From: Takakia lepidozioides
Lineage: Eukaryota > Plantae > Bryophyta
DNA: 64,000 nucleotides
Assembly: GCA_030704615.1 (NCBI GenBank)
Contig: CM060733.1
Location: 51,894,001-51,958,000, forward strand
Direction: 5' to 3'
A program made the translations under genes and the position numbers. Shown here piece after piece: positions 1 through 13,499 of the stretch; the stretch's first letter is position 1; every line of letters starts with the position of its first letter. Under the pieces are notes generated by a model, which was not told the origin of the DNA, did not search any database, and saw only the letters and a list, made by a program, of their open reading frames with translations.

Positions 1-890
1 GGCTTCACCTTTACTTCCTTTTCTTATCCTTTCCTCCCTTCCATCTGCTGTCCAAACTGCTGTCCGAACTGGTTGTCACAGGGTTAGGGCAAATTCTACT
101 GAATTTCTCTCTGTTTCCCTTTCATTATTGATAATCTGGAGGGTGGCCAGCAATTTCATTCGGTGTGCCGATTACGAGAAGACTGTAGCTGGTTTAGGGA
201 TATGTAAACTGTGATTGTGGGTCCTTCAATCCTGAAGGCATGTTTTGTGAAGGTCTTTTGATGGGCATTAATGATAGAAGTTGCAACATCATACAGTGAT
301 GATTCATTCTCTCTGTAGCTCGGTCGTGTAAGTATTGGTCTCTGTCAAAATTCCTCTTCTCATCACCTGCAGGCGTACATTTATGATTAGGTGGATGACT
401 GCTTTGTTGTGGGCCGGTGATATGTTTTGGCCGTCGGAGCAGTTCCTGCAGGCATTTATGGTAAGCTTTGTCTAACTCATTACTGAATGTGAGGTGCCAA
501 TCCCTTGTTTGACTTTACTGTCATGGTGTGTTCTGCAAGGAAGTCAAACCTCATTGGAGTTTTTAATGTTTGTTCTCAAGAGGTTTTGTCTCTAGCCCTG
601 TCTGCTTGCAATGGTTGCAAGGCGCATACTAATGATTATAGTTGATGTTGTCTGACAGCTGGTCGCTGACATGTTAGGCTGCAGAAAAGGTCCACTATGG
701 AACGTCATTATCAAACGTGGACTGGCTGCATGGAGGAGCAGAGTCCTTGTTGACTATTAATCTCTTCATTGTGTTTGGATTGCGGAAAGCATTGCGTGAG
801 ATGGAGGACAGGTCTGTGCACAAGATGAAAAGAATGTGCCTCTTTCCAAGTGATGTATGGCAGGTGCTCATACCCAGGCCACACATGCCA

Positions 891-1113
891 CGTTAAAAGC
901 AGGTGTGGCGGATTCTGCCACTTTTTCGGCCTACTTCTCAGGCCGAACCGGCAACCAAGGGCAGAATGGGCAGGGATGGCCGATTACGCACAGAGGACGG
1001 CAGACCTACCACCAAGACCCATGTCATTTCGCCCGTTTATATGTTATCTGGGGCTCTGAATCTATCATATTGCGCCACGTAGCGGAAAGAATCTGCCACA
1101 CCTGCTTTTAACG
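891..1113. mobile_element. Small MITE-like element with ~25-bp terminal inverted repeats
   Basis: CGTTAAAAGCAGGTGTGGCGGATTC (891-) and GAATCTGCCACACCTGCTTTTAACG (-1113) are inverted copies with one mismatch. CCA flanks both sides (888-890, 1114-1116), a possible 3-bp TSD. Another inverted pair follows at about 1119-1222. Confidence 0.5.
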
Positions 1114-1775
1114 CCAGTGAACGGGCCGCATTGGCCGACTCTGCCCTGACTCTGCCCTGTGCGTGGCCATAGGGCTCACCCAAAGGCCGCTTACAGGGCA
1201 GAATCAGCCAACGCGGCCCGTTCTCTAGTACGGATGTCCGTTGGCAGGACGCACTTCTGTGAACGCAGTTGCCGAATGTTGGGAGTGGATTGGCCGCACC
1301 AGCCCCAGCTAGCCTCAACGTTTGCTGGTGGGGCCCGGTTTGAACGGCAGGGATGCGGTCTGGATCAACGGCCCAGATCGATGCAGGTAAAAATGGCTTC
1401 ACGGCAAGCATAGCACGTTCTCGACGCTCCTGCACACAAAGCAAGCTATGGCGTTCTTCTCATGTAATGCCCCACATACTCTATAGTTTTCAAGGTCTCC
1501 AGTCTTGCTCTAGGCAATTCACACGCAGGTCATCATTTTTGTTGTTAATTTTCAAGTGCATTTTCGGTCGGATCTTATCTATGGATCCCATAGAATTCTT
1601 GATGTTGTCGCCTATTTTCGCAGCAGATTCAGATTCCATTCAACAAATTTTCCTTCTCCTTTGTACGGTCGTGGTTACTGAGTATGTAAAGCAGAGAGGG
1701 CTTTAATCCTAGAGCTAGTTGTGAGTTACTACCATTCAGGATATGTGACCCCAAGTTTGCATATCACTTATCACT

Positions 1776-3505
1776 GAGAGAGGGACAGATAGAGGGAGTG
1801 AGAGGGAGACATCAGGGGGCAACAAAGAAAAGAAAGAAGGTGGGGGGGGGGGAATGACTGAGCAACTACTGCTGCTCAGTCACTCCCCCCCCACATTTTT
1901 TTTTTCTTTGTTGCCCTCTCTCTTGGGGAAATAAAAGGGACAGATCCTACCTCTGTCAGGGGCTGACGTTGGTAGTAAGACTTACCTTCACATATAGAAT
2001 TAATCCGGGTTTTCCAGATATCCTCTAGAAATCCCTTCATATAAGCATCAATCTGCTATGTGTGATTTGCCCAAAAACTAGGCCTTAGAAGGGGCTGGGC
2101 TTTTGGCTCAGCCTCGAGACTTTCAAAGTTAGTAAACAGAGGTACATGCACAATTCCCTTGATAGATTTGAAGAGAGCGTCTCTTTGGTGAGAGAACCCC
2201 GGACAGTGTATCAGCAATGAATACTATCTTCAGGTTGCCCACACAACGGGCAATTGCACTCTCCCTTTCCTCTCTGCTTCTGTTTACTGTTCAAAGGTAG
2301 GCTTCCTACCCCGAGTTTAAATTTTAGTCTGGTACCAAGAGTGGGATAGACCCTTGAGCGCATCCATGATGTTCTCCCCCATGTCACAGATTGGAAACAG
2401 GTTCAGGGAGGTTTTCTTCCTAACATCATTTTCATCGGACAATTTTCTGGTAACAGACATGGCTTTGGACACTACACTCTCTAAGTCAGATTTATCCAGC
2501 AAGGCCAAGACTTGCGGGTCCAGATTCAGATCCTTGAGAATCTCTTCTACTCTCTTCTGCCAGGGCTTAGTCTGTTTTAACTTAGGATATCTGGTGTTGG
2601 ACATATATTGCAGCTGAACCCACCATCTGACCTTGAAATTATCTCATCGGGAGCTTAAAAGAGAGCAGCACAGAAGAGAAGGATAGAGGGAGAGGGAGAG
2701 AGGGATAGAGAGGGACATAGAGAGGGAGACATCAGGGGGCAACAAATAAAAGAAAAGAAGGTTGGCGGGGGGGGGTGACTGAGTAGCTACTGCTGCTCAG
2801 TCACTCTGCCCCCCCCACATTTTATTTTTCTTTGTTGCCCCCTCTTTTGGGGAAACAAAAGGGACAGATCCTACCTCTGTCAGGGGCTGATGTTGGTAGT
2901 AAGACTTACCTTCACATATAGAATTAATCCGGGTTTTCCAGATATCCTCTAGAAATCCCTTCACACAAGCATCAATATGTTGTGTGTGATTTGTCTAAAA
3001 ACTAGGCCTTAGAAGGGGCTGGGCTTTTGGCTCAACCTCGAGACTTTCAACGGGCAATTGCACTCTCTTTTTCCTCTCTGCTTCTGTTTGCTTATCAAAG
3101 GTAGACTTCCCGCCCTGAGTTTAATTTTCCGTCTAGTGCCGAGAGTGGGTAGACCCTTGAGGTCATCCAAGATGTCCTCCCCCATGTCATAGATTGGAAA
3201 CATGTTCAGGAAAGTTTTTTGCCTAACTTCATTTTCATCAGACAATCTCTTGGCAACAGACATGGTTGGACACTACAGCCTCTAAGTCAGATTTATCCAG
3301 CAGGGTGAAGACTTGCGGTTCTAGGTCTAGGTCCTTGAGAATCTCTTCTACTGTCTTCTTCCAGGACTTAGCCTATTTGACAGGGCGGTGGGCGGTCCTA
3401 TTTCCAAGATATAGAGTCAATTAACTTTAGATATCTGGTGTTGGACATATGCTGCAGCTGACCCCACCATCTGACCTTAAACTCATCTCGTCGGGAGCTT
3501 AAAAG
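1776..3505 (-). repeat. Tandem duplication (~0.85-0.9 kb units) of a LINE ORF2 3' fragment followed by a GA-rich hairpin
   Basis: Units at about 1776-2665 and 2670-3505 share GGGACAGATCCTACCTCTGTCAGGGGCTGA...TTAATCCGGGTTTTCCAGATATCC and both end at ATCTCRTCGGGAGCTTAAAAGAGAG. Minus-strand peptides (WW.QLQ.MSNTRYPK...VEEILKDL...TSLNLF...KLRAGSLPL...RGKGECNCPLC) resemble the post-RT/Zn-knuckle C-terminus of RTE/RTEX-type LINEs. Confidence 0.75.
1815..1925. repeat. Quasi-palindromic hairpin repeat, copy 1 of 4 (others at about 2735-2845, 3540-3690, 8480-8600)
   Basis: Arms GGCAACAAAGAAAA..G-run..TGACTGAG / CTCAGTCAC..C-run..TTTTCTTTGTTGCC, flanked by GA/TC microsatellite. Copies 3 and 4 appear inverted relative to copies 1 and 2. 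Confidence 0.75.
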
Positions 3506-3690
3506 AGAGGGAGAGAGAAGGACGGTGAGAGAGAGAGATCAGGAAACCAAAAAAAAAAAAAAAAAAAAAAAGGTAGGGGGGTGGGGGGGGGGGGGGGGGG
3601 GTGACTGAGCAGCTGCACAGTCACTCCCCCCCCCCACACATTTTCTTTTTCTTTTTTATTGCCCCCTCTCTCTATCTGTCTCCCTCTCTC

Positions 3691-6600
3691 CTGGGAACCG
3701 GCAGGTTATTATCAGTGCTGATTTCCTGTTTTTTCACCCATACCGGATGAAATTTTGATAGAGTTTCATCCATCCTCTATCGATTTTTCATCCATACCGA
3801 ATGAGCCACCAAGATGGACATTGAATTACTGTTGGGATGATTTTTTGGTTTTTTCATTCCTCTTTTATTGACTCTCATCCAGGATGAGTCACCAAGTAAT
3901 GAAAAATTACCTCTATGAGGGTTGCCAACAACATCATGTTTTTCATCCATACCGGATGAAAAACTACCAGGATAATAATTTTTCATTCCTCTTTCATTGA
4001 CTCTTTTTTATCCATACAGGGTGGTCTGGTGAGGAATGACGAATTACCTAGGTGGAGGTAAACCGCTGCCACGGATGATATTCCCTACTTTTCATCCTGA
4101 CAAATGATCTGTTTATGGATGACGAGTACAGATGATTATGGCCTGGAATTGATCTTAACTACCCCTAATTATGATTAATTACGGTGTGAAACCCTAACCC
4201 CTACCCTAAAACCTATTTTTAACTCTGCTACGGATGAAATCTGTCAGGGTAGAAGGATGTTTTTATTATTTTTCATCCTTCACGGATGAAAAATCGGGCC
4301 AAAAAACCCTATGCTGTTTCTTCCGCTGTCAGAGCACGAGATGTGCTTCTGAGCTCGCAGGGAGAGTGTTATGGCGGACGTGCTTTGGTGGTCGCCCCGT
4401 TTGTGGTGTCGTACCCATGCTGGGCGAGCGCCTTGTCTCTCTAGCAGTGGGAAACACTGCTGTGAATGCAGTGGCATCTTCCCTCCTCTGGCTTTTAATT
4501 TTAGCAGTGGCATTTGTGTTGGGAAGTCTCTCTCCCCCCCTTTTATTGCCTTGCAAGTTTGTCTGCTTTGCTTCATTGCTCATGTGCTTTGTGGAGGCGA
4601 CTTGCCGCGGGTGGTGATGGCGCATAACCCTCTTCCCCAATCGCTTAAGGTGCCTTTGGAGTTTAGGGATCCTTGTGTTCTTATCTTCTTCTCTTGCTTT
4701 TGAGATTCTTAGTTGACATCGATGACAAGTGTGAGGGTCTGTGATTCACATGGGGTTCCACAATCCTCACAAATCTATTGATTTTGTGGGGGCTTGTGAT
4801 GGGACCAGGTAAGGATCCTCATTTACTTTGAAATTTCTTGAGCATGCAGTTGGGGATATGGGCTGAGGAGACCTGTAAGTTATCGCGCCTTGAAGTGGCT
4901 GCTGCCTATAGCCCCGAATTCAACCCGACTGCTCCTGGTTTGGCATGCTACAGCCTATGTTTTGGCTATTGTTGTTCTGCCATCGATGGGGCAGCTCGAC
5001 CTGTCTGGCCTGTCTCTTGAGGCCTGCATACAGACCATACCCTATCTTTTGATCCTTGACAGTAGGGCCTGTGGATTAATGAGCTAGGTTCTAATTTCTT
5101 TGGGCCATAGAGGATCTGGTTTTATGGGGGCTGCCTCGGCGGATTTGGGACTCTAAGGACGTGGTAGCCTTGAATGTTATGGCGGTAGCCTGGTAAGGCA
5201 CCGACCTGCTCTTTTTCGGGTTTTTTTTTGGTGTGTAATGGATCATAGTGAGGTGTTCTTTGCAAGCTTTAGCATGGACCTCTTGAAATCCTACCTATAG
5301 TTTTGGCGTTGTCATGACATCAGGCCTATGACCTGCAATCTGAGTTTTTTATGTGCCAAAGAGGCTGGATCTTGGTTGTTCAAGTTGTTTGTGTATACAA
5401 ATCTTGAAGTTGCAATTTGATAGGCTGAATTCACATTCCCTTGACACCTTGTATGATTACATGTCTCGGGGTGAGTACAAATGGTATGGAATCTATTTCA
5501 TCATGCCCAAGTAGGATTGCTTGGAGGCATACTTTGATTCTAAAAAATTGCAGGCTGGTCCTTATGCCTTGGCTGATGCATGACCTGTTGTAATTAAAGG
5601 CTGATAAGGTAAGATGTTGCAACCTGTGTGTCATGCCCAAGATGTATGTTTGAAAACGTGTCTTGAAATGGTAATAGGCAAGCTGGACCATGGTACCTTG
5701 CCCTTTGCATGTGACCTCAACACTTTGTGCTCCTTCAATACATGACCTGCTGGTACGGCATGTGGGCGGGCTGAACCAAGATGCCTTGCAGCTTGCATAT
5801 AGGTGGAAATATCTTATCTTGTCCCACACAAGAACAAACCCCGCCCACCCACCCTGTTTTATATCATGAATGATTGGGTGATGTCAATTGGGAAGCTATG
5901 ACAAGAATGGAAATGTTAGATGGTGTCTTGTTTTGGGCTGTTTATGTCTTTAATTGACAATGACTCTAGTAGGGTCTTGTCCATGTCTTGACATGACATG
6001 CATATCTTCCCACTCTTTCCATCTCTTTTGTCTCTCTCCCTCTCCCTCTCTCTTTTTAACTTTTTCTGCACCCTCTCTCCCTTATGGTTTGTTTATTTTT
6101 GTGAGTAGCAAAAAAAAGAGGGAAGATATTTTTTGTCATGTCAAGACAAAGACAGGACCCCTAGGGTCATTGTCATGAAAGAATAGTCAGACATATCAGC
6201 CACTTAACAGTGGCACCGTCCATCAATCATCAAAGCTTAGAAAATCCAGAGTTACATCCATGCACAGTAATGTGTTCGTGTCAGTATTATTCATAACCCA
6301 AAAAGTATGCCACTGATGCTAATTGACCACCAGTCATGATCATGATACACATTCAGAGGTCTGGGTGGGATGGCGGGTACTTGGCCATATTTTGGCCTTG
6401 ATGTGTTGCAGGTCAAATGGTCATACAGATTTAGTGTCCGCAATCTGTAATCCAAGCATACTTACTCAAACCCCATGGGTGTCATGGAGGGTTTTTTTTA
6501 AGAAATCAGAGAAAACAAAAAAAAAACTTGAACATCACAGATTTTGAATACCTTGCCCTGCCAGTATTTGTTTAGATTGGTCTGCAGCACAGCTTGCCCC

Positions 6601-8458
6601 CACAGGGGAGGTGGATATGTCTGGTAAGTTTTCCAGAATACCCCTACACCTTTATTTCTTGCTACAGCTGAAAATCAAAGTTCATGACACCGCAAGGTAA
6701 AGATAAAGGACTGCATACACATCCTGTGACAGTATATGATACTGTCAGTACACCCTTCACATCATTCCATATTTGACCATGTCATTACACCATGTCCAGG
6801 GGGTATTTCCACTTGACCACCCTGGCTGCCTCAAAAACCAGTTACCATTTATATTGCTGTCATAGTTCAGTGTCAGCCGAATAGCCACAAGCAGAAACTT
6901 CACCATTCCCTGGCCTGAGCATCTAGCTAACAAAGCCATCTGGGTTGGAACATAACAGGGGCATTTTACCAACAGGGGTACCCAAGTAGCTGCAGCAAAC
7001 AGTTCCTTGTAGCCTCTCAATTTGTTTTCAACTACCATAAGGTAAACAAAGCAAACTAGGGCCTGGAAAACAGATGTGTGTCTCTCACACAAGCCATCAT
7101 AAACCCGGCTGTCACAACGAAACAGAGGTTTTCCACTGGCTGGGCCGAAATAGCCCATCGTAGAAAGCATTACACTTGTTCTTCAAAAATCAAGGAAGAA
7201 AAGAGGTAGGATCAAGAAAAACCATAGAGTAGTTTAGTTTTTCAACATTTTAAGATGAATCCTTGGCAAGCGATTCCTTCCCCTGCTCTGCAATCCCACT
7301 TGGCATCCAGCAGCACCTAGACATCATAATATTAAGTGGAAGCCCTCACCTGTGCCCGTCCCAAAACCAACCACAACGCATTGTGAGTTAGTGAGGATGC
7401 ACGAGGTGAGTAGCAGGCTTCCACACTTGCTATTGAGGTCAAATACACTTCAATCTAAGCGCAGAGAATGCCAAAGAAAGCAGGGAAGCAAAACCAACAG
7501 AAAAAGATTTTTTTTTACTGTTTGGGGGCGAGTCACCATCTCTCCACAAGCCTAACCGTGCAGGGAGGACTCCGCCAGCACCACATCACTGCTATCTTAA
7601 CCAAAGCAAAGTCTCGCCAAACACAAGAAAAAAGAGCTTGGTCTCAAAAGGTAGGGTTTATAAAGGGAGGGAGAGAGACTTCCTTGTTCTACCAAGACGC
7701 CGCCATTCATCAAAGATCCAGAGGAGGGCTCCTAGGGAAACGTCATAAGCATGCAGGTGGTACCTCCGCCATCACTGCCGCGGTTCCCTTGTGCAGCAAA
7801 AAAACAGACAACTGAGACAGTGAATCTCCCCTCATCTCTAAACCACCGCCATCGCCTTAAAGAGCCCGCCTAGGCGGCGCTCACAGGAGCCATAAACACT
7901 CAAGGATTGGCAGCTCAAGGTATCTGCAGCACGAACACCATCGCTCCTCCCAAGCCACCATCGCGCGCGCTCTCGCAGCGCAAAAAGAAAGACATTAGGG
8001 TTGCGCAGGGTTTTCCCCTGTCTGGCCCGTCATTCATCCTTCTCAGGATGAAAAACATCCGCCAGCCAGTACGCCCGACGGACGTTGTTCGTTTCTCATT
8101 CGCGGAAGATGAAAGACATTGTGCGTTCATCATGTTTTGAACTCGACGGATGCAGTCCGCATTTCATCTAGGTTAGATGAAAAACATCGGTGGTTTAAAA
8201 CAATTTTTTTATACCTGTCTTGCCCCGTATTTAGGTCCTGTCAGATGAAGTTTTTTTTTCATCCAGGTTGGATTGAAAAAATAAAAACTGACGGGAGTTT
8301 TGCAACTCACAGGTATTTAGTGAAGAAATGCTTCACCAGGGAAAATTTTGTATTTTGGATGAAAAACATCCAAAATTCCCTGCAACCCAATTTTTCAAAT
8401 TTTTGCAATTTTTTCAAAGATGGAAGTCGGGACAACAATTCCATAAACCCAGTTTCCA
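3691..8458. mobile_element. Probable non-autonomous DNA transposon with TTTCATCC/GGATGAAA subterminal arrays (ends not resolved)
   Basis: Dense, often palindromically paired TTTCATCC-N4/5-GGATGAAA motifs cluster at about 3740-4295 and 8030-8375. No convincing coding content. No clear TIR or TSD. Confidence 0.45.
5955..6176. mobile_element. MITE-like element with ~43-bp imperfect TIRs
   Basis: TGACAATGACTCTAGTAGGGTCTTGTCCATGTCTTGACATGACA versus TGTCATGTCAAGACAAAGACAGGACCCCTAGGGTCATTGTCA (inverted). No TSD identified. Confidence 0.55.
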
Positions 8459-9069
8459 GAGGGAGAGAGAGAGAGGGAGAGAGAGGGAAACCAAAAAAAA
8501 AAAAAAATGGGCCTGGGAGAGTGACTGAGCAGGTGGTGCTCAGCAGCTGCTCAGTCCCCCCCACCCCCCACCTTTTTCTTTTCTCTTTGTTGCCCCCTCT
8601 CGAGACCCCCAGCACTTGCTACTTTCACCCCCCGACATGCCTGGTTTTTTTTTTTTTTTTTTTTTTTGATCTGGATTGTGGAGGTTGTTTCCTAATGAGG
8701 CCAACTTGTGGGTTTGCATGAGAGGTGCCAACTTATGGGGAAAGAGAAGAAGTCCCTGCCCTAAAGACCCGGGGGGTGCACTCTTTATAAACTGTGCGTA
8801 TCACGTGCGTTCGTCGTCTAATAAAAAAACCCCCTGTATACGGGTCCTTGGATAATTTATACCCCCTCTGTACATATTTTTTGAAGATTATAAAACCCCC
8901 TCCTGTAAATATACAAAAATTACAATTTTTAAAAAAGTACCCCCTTCTGTTTGTATATTCTCATTTTCCATCATTAAAAATAACCCTCCAATATGTATAT
9001 GTATGTTTTTTATATTATATCGAATTTATTCATTTAAAACATAATAAAATATAACAATTAATTAAAAAA

Positions 9070-12000
9070 TTATTTGCCTTTGATAAAGTTGTCAAAGACT
9101 TTTCGGTCATTTGCATCAAGTACATATGTGTTTGACTTGACATTGTACTTTAAACATGCTAACGCGATAATGGAATCCAATCAACCATCATGTTATCCGT
9201 CAAATCGTACGTATAGACCTCTCCTCGAATTTTTTGGTACCATGCTAACCCAATCTCCATATGAGAAGGACGCTCCAATAAATCAACAGAATCCCTACAT
9301 TCTACAAACCGCTTATTGATTTTCTTCCGCATTCTTTGAACCCTGCCCAAATACCAAGTGCCTTTGGTTGCTCCTCTGTCAGGTTTTCCCTGGTCTGCCT
9401 TTTTTTGTTTGTAGTTTGGATCACAGTCTCCTCATCAACAAAAAAACAGCACAATCCGAACCCCATCCCAGCTCGTGGCTTTGTTGCTGGTAGTTGGTTT
9501 GTTTTCTCGGCAAAACAACATCGATGCACTTCTTACTCGTGTCAATCTATCCTTGGATAGAGTAGGGTTGCCATTGAGTTGGCTAACCAAAGTGCTTTTT
9601 GAATATGGTCTTCCCCTCTACTTTGACAAATGGAACCACCGCCTTCGGTCCATCTTTCTCTTGTTCAAACTCGTCAATGACAACATCCAGAGTATGTCTC
9701 AATTCACTCTGAATAAGTACCTCTTCCGCATGATCATCCAAAGATTGGCTCAAAACATCCTCCATTGAATTCGAAGGCCCGCACACCAATTCATCTTCCA
9801 CGACCTCATTTTGAATATGTGTGTCTGCATTAAGAGGACAAATAGAATCTATGGCATCGACATCATCACCCTCCCTCTCTATGCTTTTGAATAGCTCGGC
9901 CTCCATTTGTCTCTCAATTGTCCATGGCTCATTCCACCAATCCAAGTTTGTCGCTTTGTTTGGTTTCATCCCAAGTTTATGGCATAAAAGTTGCGCTTCT
10001 AGAAATCCAGTTTTCAAAGCCTCCACAATGCAATCATCCGATTGGACAGTAGAAAAGTCGGACAAATCAGCAAGGGGGATACCTGGCTTCTTCTCCAAAG
10101 AAAACCAAATGTGTTCTTGTTTCTTGTGAGCTCTTGAGAACTTGGGTCCTTTTGGATTTACCTCGAACTCGGATATGCGTGTTAATGCTCCCGCACTCTC
10201 AATCAAATCACACCCGTCATATGTCCTCTCATTCCGTAACATACCTCCCACTTTGCTGAAGAATATTTCACACACATCTGAACCAACAAGACTCAAAGGA
10301 ACTTGCACATGATTAAACTTATCCTTGAACAATTTGATAGTAGAACCACGTAGTGGCATGAAATTTGTAAATCCAAGTATGCTTCCCTGCTAATGAAGAA
10401 GGATTTCAGATTATACACCTCGTGGTGGAATAACCACAACTTCCACAATCTTAAAAAAAACGATACCTTCGCAGCAGATTGTACCCTCTCACACAATGAC
10501 ATGTGAGGAGACAAAAAATGTCGATGTAGCATGAAATGATGTATAGGTAAATTTCAGTACCTTTGGTCCTCTCCCTTCGATGATTCACAGTTGATTGTAA
10601 CTCCTCAAACAAGCTTGCACCTTCCGAGATGCCAGTCGTTGAGCTGCTGCCCAATTCTGTCGATCTTCTCTTTTGATATCACATTCCCGAAGTCCATGCT
10701 TGTCCACTGAAAATGAATGGTAGACCAATAACACATGATTCAATGTAGCAACCTCATCACCCAACACCAAAGTCCGTGATGCACTGTCCAAGGGATTTAC
10801 CAATTTTTTCCCATTGTGGATGAAGTCCTGATCATGGAGTCCGTATATATCTCCCTCGTTGCACACTCGACCTGTAAACAACCATCATTCCCAGGGATGC
10901 AAATCTACTTCCAGCCCCATTGGCATAATCTTCTAACATCACTTTTCTCCTCCTACTATCTCCGTCTGAAGCATGCCCAATTATAGGCCCAACCACGTCC
11001 CTCACATATTTGTCCCACAACTGTCTCACCACTTCCATTGTGATCTCACAAAATTGTTGTCAAATCTATTGCAAGTGAGCTGGATTACCAATACCAATCG
11101 AGGTAATCGTACATGTAGAGGATTTGCTATCAACACTCTGGCGTAATGGGCAACCACATTGTTTTTGAATGCCTCCACAATATGTTCGTACCCTGATTCC
11201 CCTTCTCTCACTTGCACCACAAAATTTGAAATACATACATGGTTGTCTTGAAGCCCACAGAACCCGAGAAGGGTGTCATCCCTAGCAATCCAACGTACCA
11301 ATCGTTTCACAACAGTTTCATCTTCGGCCACCATCACTGGGATGCTTCCCATTGGAATATTTGCATCTTCCATCACATCTTTGTAAATTCCAGCCACATG
11401 CTGAAATATATCATCCCTTTCTCCCGCTCTGTACTTCAAACCTTTCCTCAAAGACCGTCTTGTAGTATCAATAGAAGGACCCCCACATTTGAAGCCAAAA
11501 AATGATGCAATCTCGGACCCCCCCAAAGCTGCACAGTCTCAAACATTGTTTTTGTGCTAGTACCATACCTCTTCCCTTGTGGAGACCTGTCAATATTCTT
11601 GCCCATATCAACAAGAAAATCCCACAAACTTTCTTTTCCTTCAAAATCCCCCCCCTATGTGCATCAACATATCACGACAAAATTTGAGAACATCTCCTCT
11701 TTCAATTGCCTCAATCCCAGACTCCAAACTCCTACATCGCACAGACAAGGATGCCACTTTGGTCCTGGCCTCCCACAATTTGAACCTCAACTGTCTCACT
11801 CCTGTCTGTTTTTGTAAACTTGTTTGACAATCTCGACATTTCCAAGATATGACAACCTTCTTCCCTTGCCAGTATCTCTCTCCCCTCTACATTCCATGGC
11901 ACCTTTTCTCTATATACCCTCATTCTGAAGTCATTTTCCAAGGAATGAAAGAACATGCTGAACATCTCAAGTTTGGAAATGGCTCCCCATCCAATGACAC

Positions 12001-13499
12001 TCTAAAACAATCCGCGTGCCGAAACGTACCAACCCTTATGCTCTTGATTGGTTAGAGTGATGGTTGCATTTGTCAACGGCTCGACATACCACTTCTTTCC
12101 TCCCTTGCTATCTTGAAGGAATGGTTTCAGACTTATTCTCTGCTGGTTGTACTCCCACCATTCATCCCATAGGCCCCAACACAAACTGTCTCTTCCTTTG
12201 TTGCATTGGGACCTTTGCTGTAATTGTCAATCCTCGATCAGATCTGCCCGTTGGGCAGCGTCAACACAAGTGTATGGAGTTTGTGACGAGGATGCTCCCA
12301 TTGTTGATGCCACAATTGGATTGTCAAGTGGTGGGGACGGCAACACAGGTTGACTGACCAAGAAAGAGCTTAGATCCCGTTGCTTTACATCTTTGGCAAT
12401 CATAGGCTTTGGAGGCCTTCCTCTCTTTTTGCAAGGTCCTTCACTACTTCCAACCTTCTGGCAAATCTCTGCATCGACATGAGTTTTTCCTTTCACATGC
12501 TCTGTCAAAGAAGATTGCAAAGAACCTGTCCTTGGAAACAAGAGTAGCCACTTCGAATCAAGTGGGCACCTAATCCTTATGGAACCCAACTGCGAATAGT
12601 CTCCAATTGTGGCTTCCACAATCTCAAATCTGTTTCCAGGATTGTCCTCACAAAACTGAGCGACTTCCTCTAATGCCTCCTTCACCCTATTCTTCTTTGC
12701 ATCTAATGCTTCATCTGCATTTACAGGGCTGATGACACTTGTGATGAACCCGTCCCATGACGCCTCTCATAGGCTATGCGATGCCCCTCACTCCTCAAAT
12801 GAGATCTCATAAAGTTTGCACATGCATTATATGGTTGTTGTTTTCCCATACTGTGCATAAACATCCTCACACTCAACACACCATATGTGGAACATTGCTT
12901 GTCCTTGTTGATCCTTTGTCATCAGCTCAAACTTGTCACATCGTCCTTCTGCAGAGATTTTCCTTTCAACGGCTCTAATCTCTTTCTGCCATTTTTGAAT
13001 ATCGTTGGATGTAGCCAATGTGCTGCACAATCTACCAGATCTCTGCTGAAGTGCATGCTCATGTGCATGGTCTTCATTTCCACCATCGCCAGCAAAGGGT
13101 GTATCAGGGTCCATCCTCATCTTGGTAGACACTGGTGCCGGGTCCTCGCGTGGTCTGTCCTCATGCAAGATCGTAGAACCACTGGAAGATAGAGGTCTTT
13201 TTTCAATCCTTGGTCCCCATCATTTTGGTCTGAAATCTTAATGTGTACAGTATCCCTTTCAGAACCATCCTCTCTTCTTGTTTGGCTGAAAGGACACTAC
13301 CCCCCATGGAAAGGAAATGAAATTTTTCTGAGACAAGCTCATCACCTATAATTTCTGCTCGGATGCATTTTATGTGACACCTTGCATAGTGAACACAGAA
13401 CCAAGCATGTTTGGTGATGCCATCTCCTCCCACAAGCAGGACTTTTACTTCCAACTCTTCTTCCATGATGAGTTCACCTGCAAATGCAAATGAAAACAT
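9070..13499 (-). pseudogene. Frameshifted DDE transposase with P-element/THAP9-like core motifs and N-terminal Zn-finger-like motifs
   Basis: Consecutive minus-strand ORF pieces give AEDET..L.GFCG (D ~11321), GHASDGDS (D ~10965), DQDFIHNGKKLVNPL (DxxH..K..N ~10820), DRQNWAAAQRL and GSDVCEIFFSKVGG (E ~10268). Order and spacing match P-superfamily motifs. At least 5 frameshifts. N-terminal WCVEC...H and IRCP...EHVKGKTH. Possible further spliced 5' exons to about 13975. Confidence 0.75.
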
